Shown piece by piece: positions 34,691-46,121 of a DNA stretch of 64,000 nucleotides. Under the pieces are notes generated by a model. The model was not told the DNA's origin. It ran no database searches and saw only the letters and a list, made by a program, of their open reading frames with translations. The first letter of the stretch is position 1, and each line of letters opens with the position of its first letter. The stretch covers positions 26,910,001-26,974,000 of the forward strand of contig CM119372.1 in the NCBI GenBank assembly GCA_051294905.1. Reading direction: 5' to 3'. This stretch comes from Botryllus schlosseri. Its lineage: Eukaryota. Both the position numbers and the translations under genes were made by a program.

Positions 34691-36053
34691 GGATACCGCA
34701 CGTTATTCTTGAGAGATATGTTGATTTGTGTATTGCATAGATAAGAAGTGAATGACGCCTAAGCCTATTCATAAATAACCGTCATCAAGTACTCGGATTG
34801 TGTGGGTTTGTATAGTAATGCGTTCCTGTTTTCAACGCCCACCATCATTCAATCGGCTAACATACCTTAGTACGGTGAAGCATATTTTCTAATGTTGTCA
34901 GAAAATGAATCAAAGGTGCTAGTCGCAACATTGATGCTACGATTCAAGTGCACAGTTTCACTCTTCTGTGCGTTCTAAATGCGAACACATTCACATCGCG
35001 ATGACGTAACTTGTCTATCTATGATATTGCTGCGGGTGAATATTGTTCATGGGTTTGCCTTTTAAGCTTCGAAGGAAATCACTGCACGATACCCCTGAAA
35101 AAAGCAACGAACCCCTTCAGAACAACGGCGGTGCGATATTTGTAGTTCTTCTACTGCAGCAGCGATTCTAGGTCTTGATTGGTCAATAATGCGATACCCT
35201 GAATGTAAAATAATTAAGCTATGTATCCCAAAGAAACGAAGTGATAAGTTTCTCCATATTCTTTTTGTGTGATAAATTCCGGCTGGCTGGTGCGAATGAA
35301 TTGAAACAAAAATAGTGCGAATGGAGCTCAAAAAGGTTGAAAAGCATTGCTGCATAGCTGCAGTTCGAACGCGGTGGCTTTCAGAAGGAAATAGTTGCGC
35401 TAAGATATTTAGAGCGCAGTGCCCACTTTAATACCATTACCAGCGTGTGTATTTTTGGAATGCAACATCCTGTTCTATATTCTAGTTTATAAATCAAATC
35501 AGAAATTCATTTCGTATCATACCGTAATACAAGTCACATTCGGGCCCTACATTATTTCCCGACTAAATATCCCATATACCAGCTGTTTAATGGGTCGTGA
35601 TTCGGAGTGTAGTTGATCGAAGTCAGACCGAAACCTTTAATGCAGTCTTCTAAAATCCAAAGTCATGTTTTTTAAGTTGAGAGTATTGCGCTAGGCGACA
35701 GTCGAACATTACAAGCGTTGCCCCCAACAACAGAAATAAAATAGTAATTTCGGTTTATACTTGACGATTGCTTCAAAAAATTGACATGCAACGAGCAAAT
35801 GAGCGGAAACGCGTGATCAGTGATTAGTGATCACATATGAAATCACAAAAGTGATCGTCTGTGATGTTTATGTGAGATGTCGGTATATATTAATATGTAC
35901 TGATATGCCTGAGCATTGAGAAACACTGAACAAGTACGCCAACGTCAAAATCGTTCAATTTCCGTTTCCATTTTAGTAGTATATTTCCAATACCCAGTTC
36001 ACAGATGGTCAACATTTCTGTATCTGTCCCGTCTAGACTTTCAATTGATTATA

Positions 36054-36590
36054 TTGTTGTTGTTGTTGTTTATTAAAAAGAAAAATTTGGCGCTTATCAC
36101 CTGTTGGTCTTTTGCACCACGATCAAGAATTGCGTAATAAATGAAAATCAGTCAATGATGGAGTACGTATTGGATAGACATTTAAAAAAAGAAAAGCATT
36201 TCAGTGATACGAAATAATATCAAGGCGAGAAAAGGGAAATTACTAAGCAGTTGAAAAGACCGCATTCACGGCTATTCACAAATAACGGTTTCAGGATAAC
36301 ACAAATTCAATTGTAAAAGGGATGATTCGATCCTCCATGAGGATAATTCCAAGGTGGAAATCAACATTCAATTCAGCACATTTAGCAATGAGGATAGTAC
36401 GGTGGAAATCATATTTTGAGCAGTGGATCAAAACATGTTCAGTGGTTTCATGATAGCGACAAAGAGAGCAAAGTGGAGATTCCACTGAACCTATTCTACG
36501 CAAATGGTTATTCAGACGACAGTGGTCGGACTGAAGACGAAACAGGATGCTTTCTTCTACGCGGTTTTTTCTGGAAAACATGGTCGAAGA
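36054..36590 (-). mobile_element. 5'-truncated non-LTR retrotransposon (I-group-like) 3' end
   Basis: ILFRLQSDHCRLNNHL..IG..ESPLCSLC...ETTEHVLIHCSKY is the C-terminal CCHC motif of ORF2; followed by a 3' UTR, AATAAA and a (CAA)n tail. Confidence 0.85.
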
Positions 36591-37011
36591 CCGTTAGGAT
36601 GAACTAGCGTAGGCCTGTAGGAGTGTGCAACGAGCGAGTTCGGGCCTATGAGATTCATTCATTTCGAGGCCAACCCCTTCTGCGTCGGGGCACGTGACGA
36701 CGTAAAGTTTCGGCGAACAAACCGCTGATAAAATGCGGTGCCAAAAACATACGCGGCGACAAAACCTCGGTCTAAAAATGACCAATGCTGGATGACCAAT
36801 CCTTTCAAAATGGATTGGATATGCTCCGTTGTCGATACGGAATAGTCCCGTTCTCGCAATCTGGGTAGACAGTAGTACAACTGCGATACGCAGAGGAATT
36901 TAATTCGCCCTAATTTGAAATCACGTGCGTCATACATGTTTTGTAGAGCTGTCTTGGTTAGAATTGTGGTGTACGCGTTCTGTATGTCATACATGTCCGT
37001 AAAATTGTAGC

Positions 37012-37430
37012 CAGGGCCGTAACTGCCGCACCCCAAACCCCCCAATTGGGGGGGGCGAGCTCGAAGGGGGCCCAAAATTATTTCGTGAATTAGCATAAAT
37101 TATAGAGTATTTTTTGGAAATTTGTGGAACTTTATCAAAAGTTTTTCGCGCTGCGCGCGATTTCAGGTTGCCGGATATCTTGATTATTGGGTACTCTTCC
37201 CCGAAGAAAAAATACGCAACATTTATAGAAATGGGCATATCGGCGTTGGCTATTGCCGCGCCACGACGCACCAAGACATAAAGTTTTAGGCCATGTAATA
37301 TGCGACTCCAAGAAGTGTGCCAGAACGATCGCCGGCGAGAAAACCTTGGCCGAAAGGGACTGCCCTTATAATGACCGAAAACTTCGTTATATATAGGCAT
37401 TAGGGTTGTCCAAAATTTGGAAAATCCTAA
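37012..37430 (-). mobile_element. Partial copy of the 5367/26718 hAT-like family
   Basis: Starts CAGGGCCGTAACTGCCGCACCCC, the reverse complement of the 27554 end; internal homology to 27280-27550. Confidence 0.75.
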
Positions 37431-38594
37431 GACATAAGACAAAAGCCTCAACACAAACATGTGGGTTTTTCATCCTTTCGACAAACTGGAGCTTCGCGGG
37501 ACCTTCGTGTCAGCTCTCAAAAACGATTTCTGCCAGCAAGCATTTTTCACTCGCGAAAAATACGCTGTATTTTGGATAGGAGTGCAGAACAGATTATAAG
37601 ACCTGGCCATCCAAGCACTAATAGACGTTCTGGTACAAATTCCCAGCAACATTGTTTGGCCAAGAAGGGCACGTTTTAGTGAAATAGTTGAAAGCAAAAC
37701 GAGCGAAAAATGCTGCCTTTTTAATGAGGCACTGGATAGCTTAAGCTACATAATAGTGAATTGGTTGCACATCTAAAAAAATGTTGTTAAGTAGGTCTAT
37801 CTTCACATTCTTTATGTATAAAAATCTTTGATTAGTTTGTGCGAATGAAATTTATTTTACAGAAAAAGTGCGAATGGAGCTCAAAAAGGTTGAAAAGCAC
37901 TGGTATAGCGTATGAGAAAGCGCGCTTGGCTCTCTCGTAAGCAGCGGTGTAATTTTGAAGGCGATCATCGATATGCTGCTTGCTTAACACCTGTCGACCG
38001 GCAGCTTGCAGTGATCGATACATATCGATGTCAGTCAGCTCGCGTATTTTTTAACTTATGTCCTTGTTATTGACACAATCAGTCCTTCAGAGAGACTGAT
38101 ACAAATCGACGGCGAGTTGGACTGGAGCAATCGCTGCGAGTATAACTGACCACGATTCCTAACTGACTGCATATAGTCCGGAAACAGTAAGTTTCCCTTT
38201 GTGTGTATTGTAGAATGGCGATCAAACAACCCAGACTATAGCATATCGTTAAAAATACGCTGCCATATACTCTAAATGAGAAATTACATTAATTAGGGTC
38301 AGATTCAGAGCGGCGTGGAAGACCTGTTAAGTGTTAACAGCACGGCCGCTTTCGGAAAGAATGATTCGTGATCTAGTTTCTTCTCGCGTGCGGCGAGGTG
38401 ACTCGAGCGTGACCAACCATTGATACGGACAAAAACCACCGTGACAATAGCATATTAGGAACAGCAACGGACCTTGTCCCAGATTCATTAGAAACTACAT
38501 AAAACGTAATGGAGAAAAGTTACATGGTATCAGCTATGAAAATGCAAAAATTGTAAATAGCTTGGCTGCTATGAAGTTGGAAACGTAGGAAAAT

Positions 38595-39596
38595 TCAAAA
38601 CAACGGGCCCCTGAAGTTAGTGAGAAGACATGCCTCACACCACGACTGATTAGCAGTACCAAAAAGAGTGAGTGGAAGGGGACTACTGAAAAGCTGATTT
38701 TCTTTAACTCGCCGAATAGCTCGTTCAACGTGAACTCTCAGAGAGGCAATTTCCTGCGTTTCATGTACTTGCCGTTCAGAAAATCTTTCTTCGGTATTTA
38801 CGGGTGGCATGTTCAACCCAATATTTCGGTCCAGCAAAAGCTTTGCTATATTGAATCCTTTGTCAGCCATCACTGAATCACGTGGTTCGCGTAGATCAAA
38901 TAAACCAGATCGTTTACAAATATCCTTGTCTGAAATGCTTCCAGAATAAAGAGAACTAACAAAACTAACAGGGCCATGTGGTGCAATACCGATCAAGCAT
39001 TTACAGGTTACGTAGTTCTTAAAGTAGGAAAAAAGTTCACTCTGAACAAGTAAAGATGATGGTATCTGGACTCTTACTTCACAACAGTCAATTATGACAC
39101 GCGTGCCACTATAATTACCGAATTTGAAAGATTGGGGCATGTGTTCCTGAATTTTCTCCCTACTTGCCCAGATTGGTAAGCTGCCTAGAGTGAAATATAG
39201 GAAATTGACCCTAGTTATTGATAACCTGCTAACAGATGCAGTGGACAAGTTGAATCGAACACCAAGGTCTTTCACACCAAAGCCTTGGTGAATACGACAA
39301 AGAAATAAAAATAGTTCGTCATGTAATGGAAGAGTTCTGGAATTTGCCTTTGCATTGAAATTCATCACCTTACCACTTCTGACATCATCTTTAACAGCTG
39401 ACCAAGGAGGAACAGTGGCAGCCGTGAATGAGATGATATCAAAGAACTTTAAAAATAATCCGTAACTTGAAAATCCAGAATAATATCGAAACATATCATC
39501 GGATGCTTTGAATCTTTCAACGCCAAATGAGGACAAGCTCAACTTTTCCAGTTCTTCACTCAAATTCAGTATTCGTTCCTTTGCTTTACAGAACAT
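38595..39596 (-). CDS. ISL2EU/Harbinger-family DDE transposase (DDE_Tnp_4-like)
   Basis: Open 333-aa ORF with an HTH-like segment (DLGVRFNLSTASVSR) and catalytic motifs IIDCCE, VMADKGF and IASLRVHVERAIRRVK. Weak candidate element ends near 38466 and 40018. Confidence 0.9.
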   Translation of the reverse strand: MFCKAKERILNLSEELEKLSLSSFGVERFKASDDMFRYYSGFSSYGLFLKFFDIISFTAATVPPWSAVKDDVRSGKVMNFNAKANSRTLPLHDELFLFLCRIHQGFGVKDLGVRFNLSTASVSRLSITRVNFLYFTLGSLPIWASREKIQEHMPQSFKFGNYSGTRVIIDCCEVRVQIPSSLLVQSELFSYFKNYVTCKCLIGIAPHGPVSFVSSLYSGSISDKDICKRSGLFDLREPRDSVMADKGFNIAKLLLDRNIGLNMPPVNTEERFSERQVHETQEIASLRVHVERAIRRVKENQLFSSPLPLTLFGTANQSWCEACLLTNFRGPLF

Positions 39597-40461
39597 ATGA
39601 GAGATTGAAACAGTTATTCACTACTTTATATGCGTTATGACCAACTATTTCACAGATAGGGTTATGCTATGGCCTCAAAGTCTATCTGGTATTATACTTG
39701 TTCCCCGACTTTTGTGAGTGAAAAGTTGTCACACACCGGCACAAGAAAGCTTTGTAAAACGACTGTAAACCGGCTCGGTTTTTCGCTCAAAAACAATGTA
39801 TAGCATTGATGAGTATGTTACCAATACTAATTTTGCACCAAAACGCGGAACCACCATAAAGCGAAAACGCACGGCGTTAAATAACGTAACCTTCTCCAAA
39901 ACAGCCACCTGCGCATATGAAGCTCGATTCAGCTGCATGCGGCCAACCATAGGCCAAGATGGCGGCGCCCGAAAGCAAAAATGAAAATCGTCCACTCAAA
40001 TGAATAAGGGTCTGTATTAAGCCTCAACCGGACAGGCTTATACTTGGCAGACTTCTCATCAAGCGTCTCGACGGATTGACGCCACCGCAAGCTGATATTT
40101 CGCGAACGAACTGTGTGTCGGCCAGCCACCGTATATTCGTACTCCACATCACTTGAATGATTTCGTTTTGTCACCAGTATTTAAAATGGATATTTAGTGT
40201 TCACTTTCCCGTCATCACTTGTATTTGTTTTTTCTCTAGGCTTATTCATCTGTCTATATGTCGTGAGTGTCCACTGGACACTGTCCAGTATTGAGCCTTT
40301 CACATTGTAAAGTGCATCTTTGTCGCAAAACACATCATTTTGTCGTTTATAGCTTTATCACCATACCGACCTCACTTTAGTTCGTCGTTAGACCATTAGA
40401 GTAGTACTCGTATTCGAATCTTAGTCTCTATATAATCACTACCGCGCGTCATGCTGGTAGA

Positions 40462-41356
40462 CAGACTTGGAAAACTAGATAATTCTAGTCTAATATCAGT
40501 AAATTAGAGCGAAATGCCAGTAATCTAATTCTAATCTAATTTGTGAAATGTTCTTATGCTCTAATTCTAATTCTAATCTAATTTGTGAAATGTCCCTATT
40601 CTCTAATTCTAGTTCTAATCTAATTATTGTTTTCCTGAAAATGCCTCTTTGTCCGAGACATATTGCACTATTGCAGTGAGTTAAAAAGAATATCCCTCTT
40701 CCGCAGGGAAATCCAGTGCCAAGCCGCCATGGCCTTACCTTCATCGTGCAGTCATAGTAGATATAATGACGAATAATAGCCTGCTAGAGTAGCTTGTAGT
40801 CTGCGAACAATATTCTAGTTTTTAAAACTTCACGTTAGTACATCGCCGTTCTGAATAACATGGGCGATGCCCATGGTTACCATAAAAGAAGTCATATTTT
40901 ATTAAAGTATAGTAAAAATCGAGCCAAGCTTGGTGTACAGAAGTTACCCATTCTCATGGTTATGGGAATGCACTGTTGTTGTTGTTTATTAAACACAAAT
41001 ATGTGGTGGTTATCGTCTGACGGCCTTTTGCACCACGCACTGTGATTTGATGTCAACTGAATTTTGCTGTATTCATTTCCCATATACAATTTCATTCAAT
41101 TTCCAAGTATTTGCGAACTAAGTAGCTCTAATTCTTATTATAATGTAATTTTGAAAAAGCTTAGTAGCTCTACTTCTAATTCTAATCTAATTTGGAAAAA
41201 GCTGTGTAGCTCTAATTCTAATTCTAATCTAATCTGGAAAAAGTGTGTAGCTCTAATTCTAATTCTAATCTAATTTTTAAAAAAAAAGTGTGGAGCTCTA
41301 ATTCTAATTCTAATCTAATTCAGAAAAGCTGAAAATTTTCTAGTTGTCCAAGTCTG
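40462..41356. mobile_element. MITE, ATTAGA family (longer internal region, short array)
   Basis: TIR CAGACTTGGA / TCCAAGTCTG; perfect TSD CTGGTAGA. Confidence 0.9.
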
Positions 41357-42367
41357 CTGGTAGAGTCCTTCATTCGTAGTTAAATCGTTGACTGTCGTGT
41401 CTATAATATCCTAAAGCAGGGATTTCAAACTCGAATTGCGTCGCGGGCCGGATTCAAACCTTCAGATCGCTCGCGGGCCACACCATTCAAAAGATTCCAA
41501 AATATTACCTCAAAACTCGTGCCCTTGATTTTCATTTGAATACTTTATTATCAAGCACATATATATACACACAATAGTATATTACATTATATTACTGATC
41601 ATAGGGGCTCTATCCTAGATACACTGTTATTCGCAAACAATATAATGATGGCAATAATACGATGACTGCGTGCGCGGTTATATATACGGCTAAAACATGA
41701 GGCTCTTACGATGATATGAGTTGTCATATTTTTATGCAGCACTCTTTGTTTTAGTCGTATACTGGCGTCAGACCAGCGAGTGCGTTTTGAGGAATACAAA
41801 AGCTGACCACCTATATTTGAATTATATTTCCATGAACTATTATATTGTTCATGTAACCTACATATAACGGTTTCGCATTGGCGTTTTCGCTTCTGAGAAT
41901 AACTAGTGTTGGGTCCGTTTTCTACATAAAACTCTGAACTCTGTATCCACTTGTTCTTAATGGTGACTTGGGTGAAATCATGTCAGATGGTCATGGCCTA
42001 TGAACGTACTGTACATTTGCTGTCGTGGTGGATTATTTATTGGAAGTGTTTCTTACTAAAAATCCCAAAATGATTACAACCATATGAATACCATACCACA
42101 TGAAATTTTATGCAAAATACGTTTGGGCCGAATTCGGTGTAAAAAAGATCAGCGGCGGTCGCTGGTTGGCCAAAACCCTCGATATTGCTATGTCCAGTCG
42201 TCGGAATTGTCCTTGAGCCCTGCAGCACAAAAGCGAAACACCGAGAAAAACAATGCACCCCAATTCGTAAACACCTGCATCACACATGTTTCATATGCCT
42301 GCGTTTTGAACAACTGGTTGTCTCGACCTTTTATATTTCAAACATTCCCGTGAAACGTATTATTTAC

Positions 42368-43547
42368 TAGGGATGGTGTGAACGCGAGGTTCACGTTCGC
42401 GTTCTGTGTGTGAACCTCGGAAATTTAGAAGTTCGCGTTCACAACAGAACCTTGGTAGGTTCTGCACTGTGAACCTTTTTCATACATAACAATTTTCACT
42501 TCATTATAACATCGTTGGTTTAAATTTATTGCATTTCAACTGCAGGCCACTCCATGCATGGCGCTGGCAGCATAAAATAATCAACACTAAACGAGCATGC
42601 ACCTTGACAATCTAAAAAGTTTCACTTGCTTTGTTGCAAAAGTTTGCTCGAAAGATCCAGCTTTCCGAATATTTAGCGACTCTCTGCTGCGAGCTTGACC
42701 CGCAATCACAAAACATCACGAGCGAAATAAGCTATGTAGTCATTGAATGATGCTTATTCGACCAATCAATGAGATTGATATCGTTTTCTGATGTAAAAAA
42801 TCTAGCAGGCGCATGGGGTCAATCTTGACTTCATGTTTACTGTATCATTAAAACCAAATCGGTGCAATTGAGGTGTTGGCTATACTGCTGTATATCTTGT
42901 TAATGGGGTAATATCAGTAGCAAGCATAGATACCCGGTTCACACCATGATCAAAATCAATGTAGCAATACTCGGATGCCGAATACATTTTCCGGTCTATC
43001 ATACAAAAAAGGTGATTCAAGTCTGATTTGAGTCAAGTCATGACTCGAGCCATCCCAACACTGCTACAAGGCTATATCTGCATCTTCCTTGCCCGGCGGC
43101 ATATGCACATAATGTAATCATGGTATGCATATGCGCAGATCGTGTGTATGTATATCATGATTCGGTGTATATGCTGCAAAAACATCAAAGACAAAAATAC
43201 ACCTACCTTTCCTTATATTCCCTGGTAAGTCCTCGGCGAAATTGTTGGCAAAGGCGGAAGATATTGATTTTATGGGATTATTATATCATTTAATTGCCCC
43301 AGTTGATATATTTGGCGACGTTTAAAACGTCAATATATACTTCAGCATTGTGACGCTATGTTGCCCGAGTCGTCACTAGGTATCGTGTACATTAATATAG
43401 GCTATCATTTCATTGAAGGATAGGGTTGGAATTAGCAATATGACGTCACGTGACGTCACGAGGTTCACGTTCGTGTTCACATAGAACCTTTCAAAAAGGT
43501 TCGCGTTCACAGGAACCTGAACCTTTCAGAGGTTCACACCATCCCTA
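42368..43547. mobile_element. GTTCAC-family MITE with a composite insert at ~42999-43211
   Basis: TIR TAGGGATGGTGTGAAC / GTTCACACCATCCCTA; perfect TSD TTATTTAC; the insert is a GACTC-family right end plus the 3' half of SINE family 1. Confidence 0.9.
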
Positions 43548-43699
43548 TTATTTACCATTGAAAATAGCCTACTTATTTCCATATGCTAGGCTTGGGTGGC
43601 GAGATGCCAATAAAACTAGCATGTGGGTGAATAAAAGTTTGAGAACCCCTGCTGGTCAATGCAAGCATTGTGTATAGGCTATATTGTTCGGCGAGAAAG

Positions 43700-44057
43700 A
43701 TGGCGACACGTGTAGATGGTATCAAGCTAACAACACATCTGAGTTACAAAGTCTGCAAAACTTTGTCAAATGCCACTCTGCTTGAACTAGGACAGAAATT
43801 GTTTTCCTGACTATCACGAAAAACGAATATTTTTGCCCTAAATAAATTTCATTATAGTTTCTGTATGGTGCAAGGTGATACTCTACCATCATTTTATACA
43901 TCTCTTTCGTTCAATTCTATAATACAGTTCGTATTTGTTCGTTCATTTGGTTGTTGGCAGCCGAATAGTAAGAAGTAATTGCTTTATTGAGCTGAACAGG
44001 GTACATTTAGCCAGAACAATAGCGTATTGAATATTCACAAAATAAAGATGATCGAAA
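43700..44057 (+). pseudogene. Possible decayed death-domain-like first exon
   Basis: AAGATGGCG start; MATRVDGIKLTTHLSYKVCKTLSNATLLELGQKLFS*LS...; later CFIELNRVHLARTI in a shifted frame; GTAGGT donor at 44058. Assigned by motif resemblance only. Confidence 0.35.
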
Positions 44058-44230
44058 GTAGGTTCACATTTTATAGCATTCTGATACAACAAATCAACGT
44101 AAGTCATTAATTTTACGTGTTTTAGAAACGTGAGGTAACTGACTAGGCGACAGTAGTATTCACTAAGTTATCACATTAGCTGCTTACCAAGTGGTTACCA
44201 CGGCGTGTGCTTGCGTTTGAAAAATAAAAT

Positions 44231-45281
44231 CAGTGTTGCCAACTCCGGACGGAAGAAAATCGCTAAAACTGGTGTGAAAAATCGCTAGATGTCGCTAAAT
44301 ATTGAAAAAAAGCGCTAAAAAATAGCGCTAAATCTGCATTAATTGTTCAAGGTGTTAAATTGAACCATAATATCAATACACTCTTCTCAGCTGTATTTTA
44401 CTCGTCTGGGGCCAAAGTCACTTATCATATTTCTAGTTCATAATACGTGATAGTCAGCTCTAAGCGGAACAAAACGTGCAGTGCATTTCGGTAGAGCAGA
44501 TCGCTTTGCGCAATGATCGTTATACGTGACCGCTGACCAGGTTTACAGGCATAACCGCTCACTATGTAAGTGTGCCTTGCTCCATGCGTCCGTGAATACG
44601 TGATGCGATGTACCGTGGACATGCGCTTGACTTCTCTAAACTGAGTTGGAGTACTTGAACACGACATGCGACTTGACACACTTGCACACCAGAGTCTGAA
44701 AATCGGCATTGATCAGAGCAATCGCTGGACGAAATTGGTCATTGTTATGTTCATTGTGTTGCGGCAGTGTGCCATTGTTGGAGCAGTGCTGGTTTTCAGA
44801 CTTCGAGGGCTGTTTCGGGGTGCATGGTTCCATTGCCCTGACGAGATTTTATTTTGTATCTTCGAAATCACTGCGACACTAGCTTTCGATCAAGGCCAAT
44901 TATATTAAATTTCAGCGCTCAGGTCGCCAGATGTAGCACTGTCAATTATGCTACTTATAGATTACTCAGCGAGAATAGACACAGTTTGCCCATGCGTAAC
45001 CGCCAGGAGTTGCGTATCTATCCGTATGTTAGTAATTATAATCTATCATTAATTTCATTGTATATCATCGAGTCCGCACTCTGGTGGCAGATGAGTCGCC
45101 AGTCGTCGGCCAGAACCGATATTTGTATAGTTATTTTCGGTAAAAAAGCGCTAAATAATCGCTAAATACCTTTTCAAAAATCGCTAGATTTATCGCTAGG
45201 CGCTAGATCCATATTTTTTAGCGCTAAGTCGGATGAAAAATCGCTAGATCTAGCGCGAAAATCGCTAAATTGGCAACACTG
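44231..45281. mobile_element. MITE with ATCGCTA repeats
   Basis: TIR CAGTGTTGCCAA / TTGGCAACACTG; A-rich flanking direct repeat AAATAAAAT / AAATAAATT. Confidence 0.85.
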
Positions 45282-45549
45282 AAATAAATTCCTCGAACTT
45301 GAAACTGTTTTTTCGTGTTTACAAGACGTGAACCCAAACAATCTCTCACGCGTCTGCCGTACGATTGCGTCTCCCAGATGAACATTGGACTCTACGTATC
45401 TTGCTACTGCCAAAAATCAAACCGGGGCCTCAACCGCCCACATACAGTAGCATTTTGGAAAGTGATAACTAAACAAAATGTCATCACTCGGGCCGTGATG
45501 TTAAGGTTTGGCCGAGGTGTTGACGTTTTTGTAGATATTTTCATTCGTA

Positions 45550-45976
45550 CATCGACCGAAAATATCATCGCTCCATCAAATATGCCGGACCTGGTGTCTG
45601 GAACAGTATCCCGCCGGCTATCCGACAGACGACAAGCATGTCCAGTGTCCACATTCAAGTCGAAATACAAGCAATTACTAGTAAATGAATACTAGTGCAT
45701 CCTCAAGATTACCGGACCACGACTGACCTATCGATCTCGCCTTCCATGACATGCCACCCCATTTTTGTCGCTTGCTTTTTTTCTATACTATCTTCTTTAC
45801 TTTTCATTGAGTGTGCATGCCTCCTCTTTACATTGCCTAGGCCAAGGTGGGAGTCTGATTCCATAGACTACTCGAAGTTGCTTCGACACCTTCCTATCTT
45901 TTCATTGTGGGCTATCGCATTTTTATGGTGTATTGAACAGATAAAATTGCTGATAAACTAATGATGATGATGATGA
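45550..45976 (+). mobile_element. 5'-truncated L2/CR1-group LINE 3' end
   Basis: Reads RSIKYAGPGVWNSIP...FKSKYKQLLVNEY*, then a 3' UTR and an (ATG)n tail; homologs at 51860-52285 and 63580-63630. Confidence 0.8.
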
Positions 45977-46121
45977 CATAGATCAGATCGAGCCACCCCG
46001 AAAAGAGGGTACACTCGAACAGAACTCATTACACCCCTGAGATATATGCAATGAGAATTGCTGTATTCCACTCATTTTCACCCATTGGAATGCATGTGAA
46101 AGCAATATTTAGAACCTGAAG

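Noticed and set aside
36659..37460. 145-aa and 157-aa minus-strand ORFs
   Set aside because: They cross repeat boundaries, are not kept open in homologous copies (5367, 26718) and have no recognisable motifs.
31786..43063. One 11-kb GACTC-family element (CAGTGTTGGGAT ... ATCCCAACACTG)
   Set aside because: The flanks do not match (CTGAAAAC vs CTACAAGG), and the right end lies inside a separate TSD-bounded MITE, so these are two independent fragments.
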